DNA of 47,692 nucleotides, from NCBI GenBank assembly GCA_045615915.1, contig JAZLFU010000016.1, positions 1-47,692 on the forward strand, read 5' to 3'. The notes beneath the pieces were generated by a model. The model saw only the letters and a list, made by a program, of their open reading frames with translations. It was not told the DNA's origin and made no database searches. Within the stretch, counting starts at the first letter, position 1. Each line of letters begins with the position of its first letter. This stretch comes from Oscillospiraceae bacterium. Lineage in GTDB: Bacteria > Bacillota > Clostridia > Oscillospirales > Ruminococcaceae. A program made the position numbers and the translations under genes. Below are positions 9,411-15,400 of the stretch, one piece after another.

Positions 9411-10382
9411 ATGAAAAAACATCGCATTATTGCGGCGATTTTGGCGCTGTTTATCTGTGTTTCCGTCTGCGGCTGCAAGAAAAATGAAGGCGGATATGAA
9501 ACGGACGAAAAGAGAGTCGTTTCCGGCGAGGGCGAACTCACTCCGAAAGAGGAGATTGAGATAACGCCGGAAACCTCCGAACCGGAAACTCCGGAGGAAG
9601 AGCCGGAGACCATTGATGAGCTTCCGTCGGCGGATAACGAGATCGCGAGCAAGGAAGCTATGAGCACCAAATTTGAGGAGATAAATTCTCTCTCCGCGGA
9701 GCAGGTGCCCTGGGGCCCCGGCACGAATTTCAATTCCGACGGAAAACCCACCGCCTGCGTTATGCTGCAAGATGATTACGGCTGTTATGATGCGGATTTT
9801 GTCCGCTGTGATGAACAGTACAAGGGCAAGGTGTTCCTGACATTTGATGAAGGCTACGAAAATGGGTACACCGGCGCGATACTTGACGTGCTCAAAGAAA
9901 AAGGCGTTTCGGCGGTGTTTTTTGTTACGCTTCCTTATGTTAAAAGTGAGCCGGAACTCGTAAAGCGAATGATAGACGAAGGGCATATAGTCGGAAACCA
10001 TACCGCCCGCCACCCGAATATGACAACCGTAACTCCCGATGAAGCCTATGACGAAGTCGCCGACCTTCATAATTACGTAAAGGAGAATTTCAATTACGGA
10101 ATGTATCTTTTCCGTTTCCCCGAAGGCGCTTTTTCCGAGCAGACCGCCGCGCTCATTCAGAAAATGGGTTACAGAAGCGTATTCTGGAGCTTCGCGTATA
10201 AAGACTGGGACCCCGATAATCAGTATGACGCGGATACCGCCATGAAAAAAGCGACCGGCTCCCTCCATGACGGAGAGATATTCCTGCTCCATGCGGTTTC
10301 AAAGACAAACGCGGAAATACTCGGCGATTTTATTGACTATGTAAGAAACGCCGGATATACCTTCGCAGTATATGAAAAATAG
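9411..10382 (+). CDS. Polysaccharide deacetylase lipoprotein (PdaA-like, NodB domain)
   Basis: It has a signal peptide with a lipobox (FICVSVCGC), an acidic Pro/Glu linker, and NodB motifs (FLTFDEGYENGYT and GHIVGNHTARHPNM). Confidence 0.75.
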   Translation: MKKHRIIAAILALFICVSVCGCKKNEGGYETDEKRVVSGEGELTPKEEIEITPETSEPETPEEEPETIDELPSADNEIASKEAMSTKFEEINSLSAEQVPWGPGTNFNSDGKPTACVMLQDDYGCYDADFVRCDEQYKGKVFLTFDEGYENGYTGAILDVLKEKGVSAVFFVTLPYVKSEPELVKRMIDEGHIVGNHTARHPNMTTVTPDEAYDEVADLHNYVKENFNYGMYLFRFPEGAFSEQTAALIQKMGYRSVFWSFAYKDWDPDNQYDADTAMKKATGSLHDGEIFLLHAVSKTNAEILGDFIDYVRNAGYTFAVYEK

Positions 10383-10545
10383 AATTTTTCAGTTCAATAT
10401 TGATAAAAAGGTGCAGTTTCAGCTTGGAGACCGCACCTTTATTTTGTCAGAAATAGATATTAAAAAACAGGCGGCGATTTGTTTCCGTTGTATAAACTGC
10501 TTGTTTATGATTAAATTCCCATTAAACACTTCCAAAAATAAGTCC

Positions 10546-10574
10546 TTGATTTAATGTGCTTTGTCATATATAAT
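10546..10574 (+). promoter_or_regulatory. Sigma-A-type promoter for the NifU-like/GGGtGRT pair
   Basis: TTGATT (10546-10551), a 17-nt spacer, then TATAAT (10569-10574). Confidence 0.55.
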
Positions 10575-10643
10575 CATTATGGCGTAATTTACAACCCTTT
10601 TTATATTGTTATATTATATTGATATATGAGAGGTGCAGAAAAA

Positions 10644-11336
10644 ATGAACTGTTCTAAAGACGTAGAAAGAATGTGTACGGTAACGAAAGGGCCAAACCAC
10701 GGTCCCGCGCCCATTCCGGAAGAAGGACGCTGGGTAAAATCCTATGATATCAAAGATATTTCCGGTTTTTCCCACGGAATAGGAGCCTGTGCTCCGCAGC
10801 AGGGAGCCTGCAAGCTTTCGCTCAACGTGAAAAACGGAATAATCAAGGAGGCGCTCGTTGAAACCATAGGCTGTACCGGTATGACTCATTCCGCGGCAAT
10901 GGCGGGCGAGATACTTCCGGGAAAAACCATTCTCGAAGCCCTCAATACCGACCTTGTATGCGACGCGATAAACGTTGCCATGCGCGAAATATTCCTCCAG
11001 CTTGTTTACGGAAGAAGCCAGACCGCTTTTTCCGAAGACGGACTTCCCATAGGCGCGGGACTTGAAGACCTCGGAAAGGGACTTCGTAGCTCTGTCGGAA
11101 CTATCTATTCCACCGGTGCGAAAGGTGTTCGCTACCTTGATCTTACCGAAGGCTATATCACTTCCATAGCCCTTGACGATAACAACGAAACTATTGGATA
11201 TAAATTTGTCCGCCTCGGAAAGATGATGGAGGATATCCGCCACGGAATGAAAGCGGACGAAGCTCTTGAAAAAAATACCGGCACGTACGGAAGATACGCC
11301 GATGCGCCGAAATACATAGATCCGCGTGAGGAATAA
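10644..11336 (+). CDS. NifU/IscU N-terminal-like domain protein (putative Fe-S scaffold-like)
   Basis: GACAPQQGACKLSLNVKNGIIKEALVETIGCTGMTHSAAMAGEILPGKTILEAL resembles the IscU fold with three Cys. The start was set at the ATG at 10644, 8 nt after GAGAGGTG. The ORF-track start at 10626 has no SD. Confidence 0.55.
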   Translation: MNCSKDVERMCTVTKGPNHGPAPIPEEGRWVKSYDIKDISGFSHGIGACAPQQGACKLSLNVKNGIIKEALVETIGCTGMTHSAAMAGEILPGKTILEALNTDLVCDAINVAMREIFLQLVYGRSQTAFSEDGLPIGAGLEDLGKGLRSSVGTIYSTGAKGVRYLDLTEGYITSIALDDNNETIGYKFVRLGKMMEDIRHGMKADEALEKNTGTYGRYADAPKYIDPREE

Positions 11337-11353
11337 GGAAGGAGGGAACAGTT

Positions 11354-12352
11354 ATGGCAGAATTTGAAGGAAAAGAAAGAAGAATGCCGAAAATCGAGGC
11401 TTGCCTCAAAGAAAACGGCATGAGTTCTCTTGAAGAGGCAGCGGGGGTTTGCAAAGCCGCCGGAGTTGACGTTGAAGCGCTTGTAAAAGGCGTTCAGCCC
11501 ATCGCATTTGAAAATGCTGTCTGGGCATATACTCTCGGCGCGGCAATAGGCATAAAAAGAAAAGTGAAATCCGCCGCGGAAGCCGCGAAATGCCTCGGAG
11601 AAGGTCTTCAGGCTTTCTGTATTCCCGGCTCCGTCGCGGAACAAAGAAATGTCGGTCTCGGCCACGGAAACCTCGGCGCTATGCTCCTTTCGGAAGAAAC
11701 GAAGTGTTTTGCTTTTCTTGCCGGGCATGAATCCTTTGCCGCGGCGGAAGGCGCTATTGGGATCGCAAGAAACGCCAACAAGGCAAGAAAAGAGCCTCTC
11801 CGTGTTATACTCAACGGACTCGGAAAAGACGCCGCGTATATCATTTCAAGGGTAAACGGCTTTACCTACGTTGAAACCGATTTTGATTTCGAGCACGATA
11901 AATTGAGCATAGTCAGAGAAGTGAAATTCTCCGATGGCGAGAGAGGCGCTATCCGCTGCTACGGCGCGAACGATTCCCGCGAAGGTGTTGCGATAATGCA
12001 GAGCGAAGGTGTTGATATTTCCATAACCGGAAACTCCACCAACCCCACGAGATTCCAGCACCTCGTTGCCGGAACATATAAGAAATGGTGCGTTGAAAAC
12101 GGCAAAAAGTATTTCTCCGTTGCTTCCGGCGGCGGGACGGGAAGAACGCTCCACCCGGATAACGTGGCGGGTGGCCCCGCTTCCTACGGCATGACGGGTT
12201 CCATGGGAAGAATGCATTCCGACGCCCAGTTTGCCGGCTCGTCAAGTGTTCCCGCCCATGTGGAAATGATGGGACTTATCGGCATGGGAAATAACCCCAT
12301 GGTCGGCGCAACTGTCGCCGTATCTGTTGCGGTCTACGAAGCGTGTAAATAA
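11354..12352 (+). CDS. GGGtGRT family protein (function unknown)
   Basis: It contains the family-defining string SGGGTGRTLHPDNVAGGPASYGMTGSMGRMH. A strong SD (GGAGGG) precedes it, and it lies 17 nt after the NifU-like gene. Confidence 0.7.
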   Translation: MAEFEGKERRMPKIEACLKENGMSSLEEAAGVCKAAGVDVEALVKGVQPIAFENAVWAYTLGAAIGIKRKVKSAAEAAKCLGEGLQAFCIPGSVAEQRNVGLGHGNLGAMLLSEETKCFAFLAGHESFAAAEGAIGIARNANKARKEPLRVILNGLGKDAAYIISRVNGFTYVETDFDFEHDKLSIVREVKFSDGERGAIRCYGANDSREGVAIMQSEGVDISITGNSTNPTRFQHLVAGTYKKWCVENGKKYFSVASGGGTGRTLHPDNVAGGPASYGMTGSMGRMHSDAQFAGSSSVPAHVEMMGLIGMGNNPMVGATVAVSVAVYEACK

Positions 12353-12394
12353 GCCACTTTTTTGACTTCGACAAATAAAAAATTGTTCAAAGGA

Positions 12395-12446
12395 ATGAGA
12401 CACGTCATTTTCGCAGAAATTGCGATGACGTGTCTCATCTTTTTTA
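12395..12446 (+). terminator. Intrinsic terminator after the GGGtGRT gene
   Basis: A perfect 14-bp stem atgagacacgtcat (12395-12408) / atgacgtgtctcat (12425-12438) is followed by cTTTTTTATT. Confidence 0.8.
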
Positions 12447-12464
12447 TTATTTGCGGAGGGTTTC

Positions 12465-12587
12465 ATGAACAAAATTTCGATGAACCATAAACTGGACAAA
12501 ACCTTTGCGGAAGGCTTTGAGGAATATATCCTCGATATGAAAGCAAGAAACCTACGACAAGGAACAATAAAAACCAGAGATCCTTGA
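12465..12587 (+). pseudogene. Truncated tyrosine recombinase/integrase (N-terminal core-binding fragment only)
   Basis: The SD-preceded 40-codon ORF MNKISMNHKLDKTFAEGFEEYILDMKARNLRQGTIKTRDP* matches the start of the SAM-like N-terminal domain of phage/ICE integrases (F..F.eyl....arnl...Ti). No catalytic domain follows. Confidence 0.45.
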
Positions 12588-12681
12588 CTTTTCTTTTGAT
12601 GCATTGAATTCTAACTAAGTACTTCACAATAGAAAGCAGCGAGAGGTTTCTGGGCGCAATCATTCACCCAACATGAATCCA

Positions 12682-13695
12682 TTACTTAGCTTTCTTTTTA
12701 GTACCAAGCAAGTAACCACCACCAAGGCCTAGTAAAATACAAATTATACTGGAAATAATCAGCACATTACCATCTCCAAAGATTGAGGCTGTATTGTTAT
12801 TCGCTTCAACTACCTCTTCGGAAATTATTTCTCCGCAATAATCACAAGTGTTTTTAACAATATAGGCAGGAATCTTTGTTTCAGTTATATGGTCGTGCTC
12901 ACCAGTTACATTGCATTTAAGAACATCACAGTATTGACAGTGTCCATTATCTTTCCACATGTGCTCACCAGTTACATCGCATTTAAGAACATCACAGTAT
13001 TGACAGTGTCCATTATCTTTCCACATGTGTTCGCCGGTTTCATCACACAAGAATTTTTCACAATACTCGCAATGTCCGTTGACATCCCATGTATGTTCAC
13101 CTGTCACATCACATTTAAATACACCGCAATACTTACAATATCCATCATCTCCCCATGTATGTTCGTTTGTGTCACATATAAACGCACCACACAGTTCGCA
13201 ATAGCCATCATTGCCCCAATAATGCTCATCGCATGTATAGTAAACTTTGATTATATCAAACTCAGAATATTTGGTGCCTCCATCAAAAGAAAATTCGCTG
13301 CTGTTAATATCATCGACATGAACCCATGTTCCCTTATTAACAGAGGTATTCTCTCTCTTGGTTCCTACTGTGACCCCTGCTTGTTCCCAATAAAAGCCAA
13401 AGTCACTAACGCGTGCCTCAATTCGCGTAATAGTGGCTTTTCTACCCTCTTTGACCCAAATTTTCACATAGTGATGTTCGTTTCCTCCGTAAACGGCTGT
13501 GTATGAAGGAACACATGCCTCAAGTAGAAAATTCTCCGTTTCAACAGTTGAAACTCTATAACCTCTTAAATCAAAATTAAATGTAAACGTTTCGTACAGC
13601 TCATCTGTTTTCGGATCTCTTTCAACCGCAAAAGCCGGAACCCAAAGAGACATTGCCATGATAAACACAAGAAGTAAACAGAATATTCTTTTCAT
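12682..13695 (-). CDS. Secreted, C-terminally membrane-anchored Cys/His-rich repeat protein (uncharacterized)
   Basis: The 337-aa product has a signal peptide (MKRIFCLLLVFIMAMSLWVPAFA), a ~130-aa N-terminal domain, and six tandem ~22-aa repeats with consensus C-D-x-T-G-E-H-x-W-x-x-N-G-H-C-x-Y-C-x-x-x-x. A C-terminal TM helix plus KKKAK follows. A TTGACA-type promoter lies upstream on the minus strand. Confidence 0.7.
   Translation of the reverse strand: MKRIFCLLLVFIMAMSLWVPAFAVERDPKTDELYETFTFNFDLRGYRVSTVETENFLLEACVPSYTAVYGGNEHHYVKIWVKEGRKATITRIEARVSDFGFYWEQAGVTVGTKRENTSVNKGTWVHVDDINSSEFSFDGGTKYSEFDIIKVYYTCDEHYWGNDGYCELCGAFICDTNEHTWGDDGYCKYCGVFKCDVTGEHTWDVNGHCEYCEKFLCDETGEHMWKDNGHCQYCDVLKCDVTGEHMWKDNGHCQYCDVLKCNVTGEHDHITETKIPAYIVKNTCDYCGEIISEEVVEANNNTASIFGDGNVLIISSIICILLGLGGGYLLGTKKKAK
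12823..13233 (-). repeat. In-frame coding tandem repeat array (six units of 19-31 codons, core 22 codons)
   Basis: The units read CDEHYWGNDGYCELCGAFI / CDTNEHTWGDDGYCKYCGVFK / CDVTGEHTWDVNGHCEYCEKFL / CDETGEHMWKDNGHCQYCDVLK / CDVTGEHMWKDNGHCQYCDVLK / CNVTGEHDH...CDYCGEII. Confidence 0.85.
12895..13026. repeat. Two adjacent 66-bp direct repeats differing at one position
   Basis: 12895-12960 and 12961-13026 are identical except 12912 (t) versus 12978 (c). They encode two identical 22-aa units. Confidence 0.9.
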
Positions 13696-13908
13696 TTTGA
13701 GGTATTCCTTTCATTTTTAGTTGGCTTGTTCTTAAATACATATTTAACCACAACTGTCATTGTAATGTCAAGAAATTTCAACACAGCCTATGATAAATTC
13801 GTATTTGCTATTTATTCATACGAACAAAATCGTATAATGGCTACTATTTTTTTCGATTGTGTAGCAACTTCATTGTAGCATTGGAGCGGAGATAAGTCAA
13901 TAATTAAC

Positions 13909-13937
13909 TTGCGGTAAAATGCATTTTGCAGTATAAT
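13909..13937 (+). promoter_or_regulatory. Sigma-A-type promoter for the small membrane protein gene
   Basis: TTGCGG (13909-13914), a 17-nt spacer, then TATAAT (13932-13937). GGAGG precedes the ATG at 13964. Confidence 0.55.
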
Positions 13938-13963
13938 ATATAAAAATATATGGAGGTGGCAAT

Positions 13964-14284
13964 ATGGAAAAACGTGAAAAAACATTGGGAATAATAAAAA
14001 TCTGTGCTCATACGGTGCCGACGGTGCTCATCGCGCTGGCGGTGCTCACGCTTGTTATCGGAGCGTTCACCTACGGTGGGACATGGGATAAGATATCTGC
14101 GGCGTTCGTCTATCCGTATATGCTGCTCGGAGTTGTTGGCGGCGTTCTCGGAGCGGCGCTCGATATACGGAAAATCATAAAAAAAGAGGGCGTTTTCAAA
14201 AATATTCTTTTGATTCTGCTCTCTGTTTTCCATATCCTTTTTGCCGTATGGCTTTTGATTTTGCATAACGCGTTTTTGGTTTGA
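13964..14284 (+). CDS. Small hypothetical membrane protein (3 predicted TM helices)
   Basis: The 106-aa product has a good SD and promoter and three hydrophobic stretches. No family was recognised. Confidence 0.55.
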   Translation: MEKREKTLGIIKICAHTVPTVLIALAVLTLVIGAFTYGGTWDKISAAFVYPYMLLGVVGGVLGAALDIRKIIKKEGVFKNILLILLSVFHILFAVWLLILHNAFLV

Positions 14285-14299
14285 TTTTTTAAAGATATT

Positions 14300-14493
14300 A
14301 TATATAAAATTCGTATCGCTTTATAAAAAACACGATACAAACTAAATACAATCCTTTACAGATGTATATTCTATCTTCTGATAAAAATACAAGCTCTTTT
14401 CACATACCCAATACCTTGGCTTGAAAATTTGTACAGCAGCAATCGGAGTTATGTATTTTTGGTGCGTGGCTTCGGCTACGCATTTTTTTATTG
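14300..14493 (+). repeat. Non-coding module A: leader-like sequence ending in a UUCG-capped intrinsic terminator (14462-14490), with no CDS downstream
   Basis: It is about 80 percent identical by eye to module B over ~140 nt. The terminator stem is gtgcgtggc-TTCG-gctacgcat followed by TTTTTTTA. Confidence 0.6.
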
Positions 14494-14519
14494 CTTTATT
14501 AAAAAAATTGTGTTAAAAT
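14491..14519 (+). promoter_or_regulatory. Sigma-A-type promoter with extended -10, driving module B and the HTH gene
   Basis: TTGCTT (14491-14496), a 17-nt spacer ending in TGt, then TAAAAT (14514-14519). Confidence 0.55.
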
Positions 14520-14699
14520 AAAAATGCAATACAAACTTAAACTTAATATGCCTCTTAACAGTATGTATTTTTATCTTCTGATAAAAAATACATGCTCTAT
14601 TTTCACATACTGATAAGAGGTATTGTAGAAGTTTGTATTGCAGCAATCGGAGCTATGTATTTTTTGGTGCGTGGCTTCGGCTGCGCACTTTTTTATTTG
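14520..14699 (+). repeat. Non-coding module B: 5' leader of the HTH gene, with a 13-bp AT-rich hairpin (14563-14593) and a UUCG-capped terminator (14667-14694)
   Basis: It is a paralogue of module A. The terminator stem is gtgcgtggc-TTCG-gctgcgcac plus TTTTTTATTT, ending 8 nt before the first plausible start of the HTH CDS. Confidence 0.6.
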
Positions 14700-14702
14700 G
14701 AG

Positions 14703-15086
14703 ATGGCGCTCGGAATGAAGGAAAAAAGACTTTATGAAAGATCACATTGGGTTTTGGATGATGAGTTTTGGTCAAGAGAAAACGAAACGACAAACAAAAC
14801 CAATTTTAAAGCGTATCTTATCTATGATACTATTGCGAAAGTAGCGGATGAAAGCAATGTCCCAAAAGAAAAAATAGCAAACGAAATAGGCATTTCAATG
14901 AATACCGTATACAATATGAAAAAAGGTAAAATAAGCGATAAAGTTTATTACAGCAGCAGGATTTTCTTTAATGACAAATATGGGCTTAAAAGGCTCGGTG
15001 CTCTTTGCCGGGACGATGAAGCGACAGTAATATGGGTAGACCCCTACGGAGAAATACATACTGACAGAAGCGTTGCTACTTTATAA
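14703..15086 (+). CDS. Hypothetical helix-turn-helix protein
   Basis: KEKIANEIGISMNTVYNMKKGK is a classic HTH segment. The start is uncertain (ATG at 14703 or 14715). The ORF-track start at 14592 would read through the repeat and its terminator. Confidence 0.5.
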   Translation: MALGMKEKRLYERSHWVLDDEFWSRENETTNKTNFKAYLIYDTIAKVADESNVPKEKIANEIGISMNTVYNMKKGKISDKVYYSSRIFFNDKYGLKRLGALCRDDEATVIWVDPYGEIHTDRSVATL

Positions 15087-15118
15087 GTAAATTTTTCTTA
15101 AAAGTTGAATTTTACCTC

Positions 15119-15147
15119 TTGACTTTATGAGTTTAAAGTGTTATGCT
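15119..15147 (+). promoter_or_regulatory. Sigma-A-type promoter of the first SBP leader
   Basis: TTGACT (15119-15124), a 17-nt spacer, then TATGCT (15142-15147). Confidence 0.55.
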
Positions 15148-15186
15148 TTTAAATGTTAAAACTGCTAAAGGAAAGGAGCGCTGAAT

Positions 15187-15309
15187 ATGAACGGAATTTC
15201 TGTTTATAATATGCGATATGGTGAGAAGACAGTTTGCATTTTTACAAACTATCGCCGTTTGTATTATTTCGGAAAAACTGAAAGAGATTTTGCGCTTTTG
15301 CGTGCTTGA
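15187..15309 (+). CDS. Candidate leader peptide (40 aa) upstream of SBP gene 1
   Basis: GGAG lies 8 nt upstream of the ATG. The product is MNGISVYNMRYGEKTVCIFTNYRRLYYFGKTERDFALLRA, with 5 Tyr and 3 Phe, clustered as NYRRLYYF. It is below the ORF-track length cutoff. Confidence 0.3.
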   Translation: MNGISVYNMRYGEKTVCIFTNYRRLYYFGKTERDFALLRA

Positions 15310-15336
15310 ACGGTTTCGATAAAAAGAAATTGAAGG

Positions 15337-15378
15337 GCGTTTTTGCAAAAGCTCTTTGCAGAGGCGCTTTTTATTTTT
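15337..15378 (+). terminator. Intrinsic terminator inside the leader of SBP gene 1
   Basis: A 13-bp stem (15337-15349 / 15355-15367, three G-U pairs) with a 5-nt loop is followed by TTTTTATTTTT. It ends ~22 nt before the ATG at 15401. Confidence 0.6.
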
Positions 15379-15400
15379 AAAAATTCTGGAGGAAAAAACA

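Noticed and set aside
9315-10292. 325-aa ORF (and the 150-aa ORF 9299..9751) on the - strand
   Set aside because: These are antisense shadows of the polysaccharide deacetylase lipoprotein gene, which has NodB motifs and a lipobox.
10372-10554. 60-aa ORF on the + strand after the deacetylase gene
   Set aside because: It starts inside the upstream gene's last codons, spans a terminator-like hairpin (about 10408-10450) and has no SD. It is likely non-coding.
12823-13233. A regularly spaced direct repeat array that might have been a CRISPR array or satellite
   Set aside because: The period is 66 bp with no unique spacers. The units are in frame within a signal-peptide-bearing ORF and conserve Cys/His codons. 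It is a coding tandem repeat, and no cas genes are present in the window.
13904-14266. 120-aa ORF on the - strand
   Set aside because: It lies antisense to the small membrane-protein gene, which has a consensus promoter and SD. No signals support the minus frame.
14592-14702. N-terminal extension of the HTH ORF (the ORF-track start at 14592)
   Set aside because: The extension lies entirely inside repeat module B and reads through its UUCG-capped terminator. The equivalent frame is broken in module A, and no SD precedes 14592.
12450-15110. Calling the islet an intact mobile element or prophage
   Set aside because: Only a 40-codon integrase stub remains. There is no catalytic recombinase domain and no transposase, and I could identify no att-like direct repeats or tRNA target. 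It is reported only as a probable remnant.
15148-15400. T-box or a known riboswitch in the SBP leaders (also 16472-16749)
   Set aside because: I looked for the conserved T-box sequence (GGUGGUACCGCG-like) and for a specifier-loop context, and found none. I also recognised no purine, SAM, glycine or preQ1-type cores. This was by eye only, so an Rfam scan is still needed.
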